DNA from: Puccinia triticina
Taxonomy: Eukaryota
Direction: 5' to 3'
NCBI GenBank assembly: GCA_026914245.1
Contig: CP110439.1
Span: 3,162,001 to 3,226,000, forward strand
Length of the DNA stretch: 64,000 bases
The position numbers and the translations under genes are program-made. The notes under the pieces were generated by a model. It worked only from the letters and a program-made list of their open reading frames with translations, did not search any database and had not been told where the DNA came from. Shown here in pieces: positions 47,171 to 58,928 of this stretch. Numbering within the stretch: position 1 is the first letter of the stretch; the number at the start of each line of letters is the position of its first letter.

Positions 47171-47310
47171 CCTTGAGATCCAATCATTGTGTTGCTTGTC
47201 TCTTTCCAAAGCAGTCTAGTCCATGTTTCAGGATCAAGACGTTTGAGGACTCGGTCATTTCTTTGGTTTTGAGTGTTACTAGAGCTGAAGATATCTGAAG
47301 TATAGAAACG

Positions 47311-48242
47311 CCACTGTTGGGACACCACTTGTGGAACTACTCAAAGGGGAGAATAGAGCTTGGAAGGGAGATGGATAGCAACACTAGTACTAATGTAAGC
47401 TATGCAAGGGTGCTGATGAGGCTGCCTTCCTGACTAATGCTGAGGGGATGAGAGTAACACTAAGAAAAAGAAGAAAAAGGTGTGGCTGATTTCTGCTTGA
47501 TCTTAGGAGCTAGTACTATGAGCTTAACTACTGACTACTGAGGGTAAGAGAGTTGGAGCAATGGTTGAAAGAGGGGGGAAAGCAATGGGCAATGGTTCAA
47601 TGGCAATGGGTTGATGAGAATGGGCACTTATAATTTCTGTATCTAAAATTATCTATAAATTCTGCATAAGGTACAAGTGAGGGAGGAAGGACAGTTCTTA
47701 TATGAAGGAAGGATGAGCACAGACAATGAGGAGTTATGGCTATGGGAATGAAGGTTATACAACTGGGGAAAGGTTCTGGCTATGGGAATAAAGGCTTGTA
47801 CAAATGGAGAAGGTGATGTGAACATAGTAACTACTTGTAATGATGAGCACTACTGAAAGGGATAAGCACAGATCCAATGATGTAATGTGTACAATAGGCA
47901 TAGTACATAATGAGTAATGTATGTAAAGGATTTAGTATGTGAGAAAGTATCTGTAAAAAGAATGTGATGTAATGATTCAACTAAGCTACTAATGGAATGA
48001 GTGTTGTAACTAATGAAGACTGTAAGGTTTCTGTAAGTCTTATATCCTCTATAACTACTGAACCATTGAAGATAAGGGGGTACTATGTATGAGTGACTAT
48101 AGGTGAAATTTGGCGTAGAATCTGAATATGCAATAATAATGAGGTATTTGTGAAGTGTTATGGGGAAATGGGCATTGTAATGATGAATATGTATAAAGGA
48201 AAGCAATAAAATACTACTTATGGTTTGGAATGGAGCACCACA
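47311..48242 (-). mobile_element. 5' LTR (47330-48242) and PBS of another LTR element, truncated
   Basis: TGTGG...CACCACA termini. The adjacent minus-strand TGGTGTCCCAACAGTGG is PBS-like. Outer flank ACGG. Confidence 0.7.
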
Positions 48243-48722
48243 ACGGGTTTGTCACTTTTCCCCATCGGTTCCACGAAGCACACTCCTGTAACTTGTGGAG
48301 ACCATGTTGGCTTGTTGCTCAAGTCGGTTCCACCACCACAACTTTCTTTTTTCACTTCCAACCAGGACTAGCTCAGGCTGGTCCTGAAGTGTTGAAAGTT
48401 CAAGAAAATAAGTAATTGAAAGGAAGAAAATAAAAAGTTGAAAAAAAACTTTGATGGAAAATCGACTCGCAAACGGCTTCCTGAGTGGGTATGATACTCT
48501 TGAGCAAGGGGGTACTTCACTATCTGGAATAGCGTACACAGCGGGCAATCGGATGTCACAATATGCCAAGACTGGAATTGGATTCACATTGAAAAAGGCA
48601 AGTTTTTAGCTCCAAACTGCTATTGATTGTTTGCAACGAGTGACTGACATGACAACCTAACTTTATTTTGTAAAAAGATAAACTATTTTTGCTGTCAAAT
48701 CTGTAGCTCACCTGCCAAACAA

Positions 48723-49224
48723 TCTGAATTCAAAGTATGGGAAAAGGAACTCAGCTACACTGGTCCGGGTATCATTGGTGACTATGGTATACATTGGAAC
48801 ATTGCATACAAGAGCCGCAACCAAGCTTACCAAGCAAGAAAGGTCAGTGATTCTGCTTTTTTGGTCTTCATGAGACATCAGCTCCATCAGTCTTATTAAT
48901 TGAAATTGAATCCATAGGTTATCAACCAACTCATTTAGAACAAATCCAAGAATGGAAAAGGTGATTAATTTAGCTGTTATGAGTTTGTCTCAAAGGAATG
49001 GGATAATATTCAAGTGCTCAACTTGGTTCTCAAGGTAAAGAAAATTTGTAATTGTAATTATGAATTACTTATCTCTTCTGCTTCTTATTTTTGCTTTACA
49101 ACAGGAATTCTTGTATCTAATTACCAAGCAAATGGAAGGAGATGGTCCATCCTTGTCAATGGTGCCTTATGAATACAGCAGGCTTGTTGATAACCTGGAG
49201 AAATTGAAAAAAGAATGTATTGAT
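48723..49224 (+). pseudogene. hAT transposase internal fragment with introns
   Basis: GIIGDYGIHWNIAYKSRNQAYQARK...EFLYLITKQMEGDGPSLSMVPYEY resembles the hAT TRWNS and second-motif regions. Confidence 0.6.
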
Positions 49225-49809
49225 AACACCCGAGCCAAGGGGACCCCCTTTACGCGGGTGTCGCTGCGGGCTGCGTGCGACACCCAATTGCCCGCTGTGG
49301 TAGCTGCTTGTTGTAGCCTGTTACGTAATGTATCATTACGCTACACTCTACAGTGTCATGGTAAGTCATACTGCCATGACTTACCATAGACATGGGACTT
49401 TCCCATGTTTCCTCGACTAGACAGCTGTTCTCTATTACATACATACTACATAATAGCATGTATATATAGAGCTTGTGTTTTCTCATTTGTTGTATTTCTG
49501 TATTCCATTCTCATTGTTCATTCCTCTCGAAATACATAGTCACATTGTCAGGCTCTATTAGGTTATGAGCATTTATTCTCGCATTTTTACAGTTACAAAG
49601 TTTTGAAAGAGTCTTACAATAAAGTTTTTCTGAAAACTGTCTGTTGAAGTCTATCTGTTGTGTTGTGTAGTGTTGTGTCTACAGTTGTGTAGTAGTGTGA
49701 ATATCCTTCTGAGTGTCGTGTTTAAACCATAGTCTTACTATCCAGTTCTCCATATTTTCTACCATCCTCTATTGATAATTTTTTTCAAACCCCATCGAAT
49801 CCCTTCGCC

Positions 49810-52800
49810 ATGGCCCCAGTAAACCAATATCCGAGTTCTATCGCTACTAGATCTTCAAATGTGGCGGCAGCGGCATCCAGCAGCAATGCGGCCGGCAAAC
49901 GAGTTGCACGTAGTCCGCCTCCCACGTCGGACGACGAGATTGATACTGTTAGGGCTCCACGGGAAGAACCTCGCCAACCTGGCCCCAGGATAAACATTCC
50001 GGAAGACGACGCACCTCTCCCTCCGGATTTCACGTACGCGTTGGACCCCAGGAACAAAGATCAGATCATCAAGCATGCGCATCACCTTTTTCCGGAACCA
50101 AAGAAGCTAGTTCCATCGGGTTCCAATTTTCGTACCTGGCTCACCAAAATGGAGGAACTCGCCGATTTTGCATTGGACTACCGCAACTTTTATTTCAAAG
50201 ATTTCTCTCGACACCCGGTCAACCATATCGCCCGAGTTATTTTTTGCATTGCCCTGTCTGATGAGATTAAAGAAGAGATCAATCATCAAGACTCATGCTA
50301 TGCTATCATGATCTCCATCCGACGTCGTTTTACTACGTTCAGTCGCGCTGCACAGGTTAATCGTTGGAGGGCGCTCAAATCTATTGAATGTGATCAAGGA
50401 GTCCCTGCCATGACCGTTGCGGCCACATACCGTCGACGATTGCTGGACCTTAAAGAATCTGGTGCATCTATAACGCAGGATTCAATATTTGGGTTAATGC
50501 TTCAAGACTCAATTTTTCAAGGTTCACCCTTAAGACAAGAATTCGATTATCGCATTGATCAAGAGCTTGCAGCACGCCGTCAAATACCGCTGCTGTTTAC
50601 GGAAACAAGCGACTTGTTGAACAATTGCCAGGAGAAAGTCAGGGGATGTGAGGCAGCACATCAAGGTTCTGTACCCACGACAACTTTTGCGGCAGAAGCA
50701 AATTCTGCGCAGGCTCGACAAAATTCGATTGAAAGTCATCCCAACAACGTCTATACTCTTGCTAGTCGACCCGCGAAATACCGACAGCCAACGACTCAGC
50801 CACGCAACTGTTTCCGCTGTGGGTCAGGTGGACATCTGATTGGGTCCTGTCCTGTTTTGCCCAACGCTGTACCAAAGAATAGGCCAGCAAATCAACAAGC
50901 TAGAAATCAAGTTCAAACGCCCCAATACCAGGCATATTATCCAATCCTCGCCCCACCGATGACCGGTTATGGTTTTCCACAGTTCTATCAACCCATGCAA
51001 TCAAACGGTAATGTTCCTCGAGCAACTAATGTGGGTCAACCTGCGGACAATTACCGAACTGTTTATCCTCAAGGTTCCCAACCTAGACCAGCTGCTCATG
51101 AGTCTTCAGCAGAGATTCCTCCAGACACGGCTCAGATGGCCAATCTTCAACCGCCGCCACAGATGTTTGCAATACCCCAAGACGCTCCTCAAATGTTCAT
51201 GTTACAGCCTACCCCTCAAATGTTCACCATGCCTCAACATCACCCTCAGATGTTCAATATGCAACCCGCACCAGAAATGAATGCAATGGACTGCAACATT
51301 GGGCCCATTCAACCCTCTTTTGGCGACTTGTCATTTGCAGCTGCTTCTCCCACCCCTTACGCCGCCTCTCCTGCAATTTTCGATACCAGAGCAACCCATC
51401 ACCTCACTGGTGACAGGTTAGCACTCACCAATTTTGTATTGCTGAGCAAGCCTGTTCCCCTTTGTGTAGCCACTAATGGGCCACCCCGTTTCATTACAGC
51501 CAAGGGGACGCTGACCTTTCCGGGAACAACTTCAACCCCTACACTGATTGATGACGTACTGTATTGCCCCCATGCGGCGCACACGCTCATCTCACCTGCA
51601 GCATTACGATTGGCTGGTTTTTCTTTTTCTTTTCGTGCTGATTCTTTCTTCATCTCTCGAGGCCATCATTTCTGGACGTGCTCGACACTCAACCCAATCT
51701 CCAGGAAGTGGGAGTTTCCACCTCCTATACACTCTTTTGTTTCCCCTATTCCGTGTCCTTCTGTATCTGTTTCTCCTGTTGTTGGCTCGTCAACCTCTTC
51801 TACACCGGTTCCGGACACTGTCGTTACTCCTCATACCCTTGTTGTTCCTTCTGTTGTCACATCGCCCATTTCGCTACACAATTCTCCTGAACTTCAGTCT
51901 GTTTCGAACATTGATGTATCCGCTGCAGTCGTAAAAAAAGATTATGTTCCTTTTGAATACTCCGTTCCGGTTGCAACTTCCTGACCTTTTGAGATGCCAC
52001 ACCTGACTGCCGATGAAACATTACTTCTGCATGTTCATTGGCGCTTTGGTCATGCTAGTCTTAGGACCATACGCAGAATGATGGCACTTGGCGTGGCATT
52101 AGGCCTTCCGAAGTCCCTTCCTCGTGGGGAAATTCAATGTCCCTCGTGTATGATATCAAAAAGCGTCAACCGGAATACTTTAACCTCCAACCGCCGTGAT
52201 TTCCAGCCTATGGATGCCTGGAATGTGGATCTGGTTGGCCCTTTTGAACTTCCAGCACTTGGAGGAGGTCTATATGTTCTGACTATCCGTGATATTGGTT
52301 CCGGGTACGCAGAAGTGAAAGTACTCGTAAAAAAGAGCGAAGCCTGTACTGTTCTCCAAGACACCATCTTACGACTGGAGCGCCACACTGGGTGTTGTTT
52401 AAAAATTCTACACTCCGACAACGGCGGAGAATTCAACAGCAAGATCCTTGGAGATTTCCTGGCCGGGAAAGGTATTACTACTGAACGATCCGTAGTGTAT
52501 CACCACTACCAGAACGGAACTATTGAATGTTTCAACCGTACTCTCCAAGACATGGGTCGAACTATTCTTCTGGACAGCACTCTTCCAAAAGAGTTCTGGG
52601 GCCTGGCTTTTGTCTGGGCTTGCTACACGCTCAATCGTATCCCCAACTCAGCGAGTGGCGATATATCCCCTTTTGAAAAAATCTTCGGCATCAAACCAAA
52701 CGTTGATCAACTACGCCCGTTTGGTTCCTTAGCCTTTGTTCATGTGCCAGCTGAGAAACGAGGGAAACTGGATGATCGAGCTTTGAAAGGTTATGCTGTC

Positions 52801-54582
52801 TTTTACCTCCCCAACTCAAAGGGCTGGGGATTTTGGATCCCTGATCTCGGTTCTTACGTCCATTCGGCCGTCGCCACTTTTCCAGCTTTTCCGAGCTCTA
52901 TTTCTTCATCTCTCTCATTCTCTTTTGCCGATTCCCTTGTATTGCAATTAGGCAGCTTTGAGGACAAAGAATTAGTACAATCTCAAGACGCGCTTGTAGA
53001 TATCGTCAGTAACTTCATTCCCAAAATACTGGACGCATTGGTCCCGACGACTTATAAACAAGCTAAGATGGATGTTGACAGCAAGAAATGGCTAGAAGCC
53101 ATAAATGAGGAGTTAGCTAATTTACGCCGTCTAGGAGTCTGGTCTATACGACCGGTACCAAAGGGTACCAAGATCCTTCACGCCAAATGGGTCTTTGCCA
53201 GGAAATTGTCCGCCGCCGGAGTTGTGATCCGCTTCAAAGCACGTTATGTGGCGAAGGGATTTGCTCAAATTGAGGGAGAACATTTCAATGGTACTTTCGC
53301 TCCTACGGCTACGTTTGTATCCATGCAATTGGTATTGTCTATAGCGGCTATGAACGGATGGCTGGTTCATACTTTTGATTTTGTTGCAGCCTATCTCAAC
53401 TCACCTATTGACAAGGAGGTTTGGGTTGCCGCCCCTGAAGGGCTGGAGGTTGAGGCCGGACATGCCTGTTTACTGCATAAGGCACTCTACGGAACTCGTC
53501 AGGCGGCACGATGCTGGTGGCAACACCTATCGGCTACTCTTGGCCGTCTCGGTTACAAAAGCTCACAGTTCGACAGCAGCGTTTATGTACTCAGCAAACG
53601 TGACGGTCCATTGGTTATCTGGATACATGTGGATGATGGTATCATCACGGGTTCCTCAAATCAAATTCTACGGGACCTGGAGTCGGCTCTTTCGGATTGT
53701 TTGGAAATTAAGTGGTCTTCTTCGCTGTCAGACATCGTTGGTCTTCAAGTGGCCTGTGATCGCGATGGTTTTAGTCTGCATCAGCCTAAACTCGTTTCAA
53801 AACTTCTGACACTCCATTGGGACGGCGCCAGTCATGCTAAAACGCCCCTTCCGGTCGGTAATTTACCGCTCTCCTGCAGCGACGGTCCCAGTCTGGACGC
53901 GTCCAAGTATCTATCAATTCTTGGTTTCTTAAGCTATCTATTGGCGGGATCTCGTCCCGATATTACATTTGGAGTAAATTTCCTGTCCCATTTTTCCAAG
54001 TGTCCAAGTACAGAGCACTGGAAATGTCTTCACCACTTGGTAAATTACGTCGCGGCAACAAGAGATCAGCAGCTGATGCTCAAGCCAAGTCCCTCTTGCC
54101 CTCAACTTGTCCGTTTTGCGGATGCAAATTGGGGGGGAGAATTTTCCCGATCCAACTATGGGATCCTTGTCTTATTCCATGGATGCCCCATTCACTGGGT
54201 AGCCCGACGACTGGCTACCATTGCATCGTCTACGGCACATGCCGAATACATGGCTCTGGGTCACGGTACGAAACAACTCCTGTGGATTCGACACCTGTTA
54301 ACCGATATGACCGGTATCGAAACCACCGGCCACTTATTTTGCAACAATCAGGCGGCCGTCAAAATTTGTTCAGATGAAGCATCTAACAAACAAACTCGTC
54401 ACACGGATCGCAAATTCTACATCACGAATCAAGCGCTTTTTAGGAAACAGGTCACTCTTACGTGGGTAGATACGAAGAATCAGTTTGCAGATTTATTCAC
54501 GAAGAATTTGCCAGCAATCACCCATCAGTACCAGGTACGAGTTGCCCTCGGAGCGGTCTCGTCGAGTGGGGGGGTGTTGTAG
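49810..54582 (+). pseudogene. Copia-3 gag-pol, one frame with one in-frame TGA at 51982-51984
   Basis: CFRCGSGGHLIGSC, IFDTRAT (degenerate protease), HSDNGGEF...QNGTIE, WIHVDD and FADANWGG. Confidence 0.9.
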
Positions 54583-54890
54583 CCTGTTACGTAATGTGTC
54601 ATTACGTTAAACTCTACAGTGTCATGGTAAGTCATACTGCCATGACTTACCATAGACATGGGACTTTCCCATGTTTCCTTGACTAGACAGCTGTTCTCTA
54701 TTACATACATACTACATAATAGCATGTATATATAGAGCTTGTGTTTTCTCATTTGTTGTATTTCTGTATTCCATTCTCATTGTTAATTCCTCTCGAAGTA
54801 CATAGTCACACTGCGGGCATCTCGATGTCGCTGTGGACCGCAGCGACATCTGACAATTCAGTGGGGATTCAAACCCCGCGCAACAAGTAA

Positions 54891-55838
54891 GAGCATCTCC
54901 AGCAGAGCGGGGATGAGACCCGCTACCTATAGCCGGCCGGGACCACCTTTCACACACCTGTCTCAGCTGTTCAACAGCAGCTCCACAGCAGACTGGCAAT
55001 CACGCCGGGGGTGGATAGCTAGATTGCCATGCAGGACGACACAACTGTGATGGAATTCGATATCTCCAGCATGGATTTAGTTGATTTACTCAACTTCATT
55101 GTTATATTTTCATTTTTTCTCTCACTCACTCACAATCTATTCAATTTTGAGATTTCACAGTTAAATTTTCAGAGCACAAAAAAGCGAGTGAAATGTGAGA
55201 TAAATAAGCAAAAGCAAGTGAAATGTGAGATAAATAAGCTTCACAATAGACAAAAGATCACACAAGATTTTGATGAGCTTAAGAGTCGGAGGGAATCAAG
55301 CCAAGACGTTTGGCAACCTCTTCTTTTTTAACGGTGTAGAAAGAACGAGAAATAGGATCCAAATTTGAGAGATCAGCAGCAGTACGTAGCGGTAGCGGTA
55401 GCAGTTGTAGCGGTGGCAGTAGCAGTCGTAGCGGTAGCGGTAGCAGTCCCAGCAGTGGATTTTTTTGGCCTTGATGTTCTCTTTTTTGCAGGTCTGTTCC
55501 TTTCTTTGGTGGGTTGAAGCGGTTGAATTTCTGGAGAGGGTGTTCTTGGTGGCGGACTACAAGCAAGATCTTCAAGCATTGGGTCGATCATGTTTTTGGC
55601 GTGGTGGTGACAAGTGGCGAGTAGGTGATGGCGAAGTGGCGAGTAGGTGATGTGTGGTGTGTAGCAGCCTCTGTTGCGGGTGGCGATGGGATGGGGAAAG
55701 TAGCCGGCCGCGGTCTGGGATGGGATGGACTTGGATCAATCAAAGGTCGTTTAGGGGGTCTGCTGGACCCCGGAAATGTTGAGCGACCTGCCAAACGAGT
55801 CCAAAACTCGCGCGGTCCAAGCTCTGCTGGAGATGCTC
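54891..55838. mobile_element. Internally deleted PIF/Harbinger element
   Basis: 18-bp TIR GAGCATCTCCAGCAGAGC / GCTCTGCTGGAGATGCTC, TAA TSD on both sides. Minus-strand remnant DLSNLDPISRSFYTVKKEEV resembles the C-terminus of a Harbinger accessory protein. Confidence 0.88.
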
Positions 55839-55899
55839 TAATGCAGCGACACTTGGCTGTCTGATGGACAGCCGGCCACCGGGGTATGTACACACAACG

Positions 55900-56455
55900 C
55901 ACCTCTTGATGGCCGGCACAACGACCGGTCACCGAGAGGAGTATGCACTCCTCTCAATGGCTGGCCCAAGGACCGGCCATCAGGAGGAGTCCTTGTGCCA
56001 GCCATTGAGAGTTGTCCACACTCCTCTCGATGACCAGCATAACGACTGGTCATTGGGAGGAGGAGTCCACACTCCTCTCGATGACCAGCACAAGGACCGG
56101 TCATTGGGAGGAGGAATCCATACTCCTCTCAATGCCAACACAGGCCGGCATTGAGAGGAGTACATGCACCTCGATGCCCGGTCTGTGCCGTTCATCAAGG
56201 GAAGTGTGTATGTACTCCTCCCGATGACCGGGCCTTGGGCCAGCCATCGAGAGGAGTGCGTACTCCTCTTGGTGACCGGTCGTTGTGCCGGCCATCGAGA
56301 GGTGTCTGTACTCCTCTTGACGCCGGTGTGTGCTGGCATCAAGAGGAGTGTGGACTCCTCCCGATGACCGGTCCATGAGCTGGTCACCGAGAGGAGTGAG
56401 AGGAGTGTGTTATAATCCTCTTGATGGCCGGCACAAGGACCGGTCATCGAGAGGT
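55900..56455. repeat. Second array of CTCCTCTCGATG[A/G]CCGG...CCGGTCATCGAGAGGAG palindromic units
   Basis: Same core as 34190-35500, located within the CACTG element. Confidence 0.85.
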
Positions 56456-56879
56456 TGTTATGTATTGGTGGCCGGCTGTCCAAAGGCAAATCGATCAGCC
56501 GGCCAGATGTTGCTGCAGCTGACGCTGCATTCTGATATGCAGCGTCATGATGTCGCTGCGGCCCGCAGCAACAGCGAGATGCCCGCAGTGTCACATTGTC
56601 AGGCTCTATTACTGCTAAGCAATGCTGCTGGCTCTGCCCTGGTACGTAGCTGGGTTCGAATCCCACCAGCATCATTTTATCGGCGCAGCTCTTTTTTCAC
56701 CAGCCTGGTACCGTGTTCCACGTGCATTTCACGGCGGGCGGAATCGGTATCCTCGGATGATCATCACAAGGAGCCCCCGTGATCCATTTGGTGGAGAACA
56801 CGTGAACGTGTGGACCAGCGGCTCGCGCAGGGGCACTACGGGGAATCCACGAGGATTCCTCGAGATATCCTCGTCGAAG

Positions 56880-57185
56880 GACTCCCCGGGTGTACCATTA
56901 GTCGTAAGCATTACTTTAGCCACTGCCGTGAGCCGCTCGTGGGACCCCTTAACTTTCCGCTTCCTTTTCCTTTAGCGCGGTTTCTCTTTGGATTCTCGGC
57001 GACAAGCAAGCAGTCTAGGGACAGACTGTAAGTGGTGATGGGATGTGGTGGACAAAACTGTAGTCAAATTCATTTTCAGTCTTCAATCTCACTGGTGCTT
57101 CTCTCAAGATCCAAGACTCAGCCTCAAGCCTCAAAACTCAAGATCAAGACTCTCAACGCTGAAGGTCCTCAGGCTATTTCCCCTT
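56880..57185 (+). mobile_element. 3' UTR, PPT region and first ~140 bp of the 3' LTR (from 57044) of the Gypsy relative
   Basis: GCAGTCTAGGGACAGACTG matches the intact Gypsy 3' UTR. 57044-57185 matches 46157-46297 with about 2 substitutions. Confidence 0.8.
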
Positions 57186-58306
57186 TAGATCACATCGATA
57201 ACCACCTCGACGAGACACCTCTCGAGTACCTTCTCCAGCGCTACCAGACGGGAGAGGACTTGGAAGAACTCCAATTAGCGAACCGAAAGTTGACAACACC
57301 CGAAGAGGAGAAAAAGATGAAGCAGGGTGCAATTGTCGTTGTCAAAGGCCAAAACCGCATTATCGAGGATATTACTAACCGTAAGGAACTGAGACGATCA
57401 TTTGATTACGAGTGTAACTTCAGGGGACTCTCTTCGTCTGAAAACATCCGGCTCTCCCGTGACGAGCTCATCAAACAAAGAAGATCTTGGAGGTCGATAG
57501 CCGTGAGGCCCAGAAGGCTGGTCTGCTCCGACCGCTAGTCCGAAAGGAAATCGAAAACCACATGAGCATGTTTGGATTGGAACCCAAGTTCGTCACCCAC
57601 AACATAAGCTCATCTAGTATCACTTGGCACAGCGCGTTTGTTGACTGGCTGGTCTTTTCTTTTCTGTGTAGACCGACCATGCGAGGTCTTTCTGGGGGCC
57701 AAAAGGTCAAGGTCGTGCTGACTGTTGTAACATGATGACGTCCTCACGTGGTTATTTTGGATGAGCCAAGCAACTACTTGGACTGTGAATCGCTTGCTGC
57801 TCTGATCGAATCTTTGAACACGTTCGAAGGAGGTGTCTTGGTTATCACTCACAATGTACATTCTTCTCACGATAAGTACTATCGATATACACAGAGCAAC
57901 TGATTCTTAACTGTGCTGCAGCGAGAATTCTCTGAATCAATCTGTTCCGAAGTATGGGCCATGAGACATGGTTACCTGGAGGCCTCCGGACACACTTGGA
58001 CCGAGGGCCAAGGTTCCGGACCAAAAATCGACAAAGCCAAGGACAAAGAAGAGGAACACTTTGATGCCTCCTTGTGGAACAAGATCGAAGCCCCCAAGAA
58101 AGTCCAGAAAGTGACATCCAAGGAGGAGCGCAAGAAGAAGAAAGAGCGTATGGCCTGCCAGAAAGCTGGTTTGGGTTCGCATGAGGAGGGTGTGAAGTCG
58201 TTGCTCCCACCTCATGCTTCCAGTTTGATTGCTACGAGTCCATGCTGATACTGGTATCATTTTCTGGGACTTCTGATCGATCGGCACAGATGACCATCAA
58301 ACATAG
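57186..58306 (+). pseudogene. YEF3: Translation elongation factor 3 (eEF3, ABC-F) C-terminal fragment, 5'-truncated and intron-containing
   Basis: HIDNHLDETPLEYLLQRYQTGEDLE, RPLVRKEIE, MRGLSGGQKVKVVL, T**RPHVVILDEPSNYLD, GGVLVITHN|REF and a Lys-rich tail, with a frameshift and stops. 3' end approximate. Confidence 0.88.
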
Positions 58307-58928
58307 AAGGTGTTTCTTCCACAGAGCCGCTTTTTTAACCGATGCGACTATTTGCCTACCCATTAAAGCATGAAATACTTTTGTTTTATGAATCAATCAA
58401 TAAGCCTCCACTCAATAAAATGTACTCTTAAGTTTACAATTGGACCCCAAAAGAAATACCGTCTTCAATTTCGTCTGACATACATCCTCCGAAAACACGT
58501 TCCAAACCCCTCTTCCCCCTCCCCCGAAAAACAGGAAGCCTCCTGCTGGAACAAGTCCATATGAACATAAATTTTGAGCAATGTAAACAGACGTGTTCTT
58601 TCTCTTCATCGACGTGTTCTCCCAATCGGTTGGTATAGACTGTACCTGGGAACATGGCACTTGAGAGGAATACTTATGATGGTTCCACTCCAGCCTAATA
58701 ATCGTGCCATTCAGATAATTTGTAAAAACTCTTTCTCAAGGGTTTTGTTTGTTCAGAGCCGAAGATAGCAAAGCTATGAATTCTTTAGTCTTTATCTGTT
58801 TACAATGATCAATATATACAAACAATCATGGGGCGCTGATTAACAAGTGAACAATCTTCTCCGACAACAATGCACAAAACTACATAAAAGGAACTGAAGA
58901 TCCAAATTAAGACAAAAGACCATTCAAA

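Larger units (their letters stand above)
54809..56590. mobile_element. Non-autonomous CACTA/EnSpm-type element (CACTG termini)
   Basis: TIR CACTGCGGGCATCTCG / CGAGATGCCCGCAGTG. The 3-bp TSD TCA is confirmed against the uninterrupted 5' LTR (AGTCACATTG). Confidence 0.88.
49309..56611 (+). mobile_element. Ty1/Copia element 3, full length, 3' LTR interrupted
   Basis: 5' LTR 49309-49560 (TG...TA), PBS GGTTATGAGC, poly-G PPT, 3' LTR 54575-54808 + 56594-56611, 5-bp TSD CTGCT. Confidence 0.95.

Noticed and set aside
49226..56760. Possible further TIR element (CACCCGAG...CTCGGATG) enclosing Copia-3
   Set aside because: Only a short imperfect inverted match and no convincing TSD.
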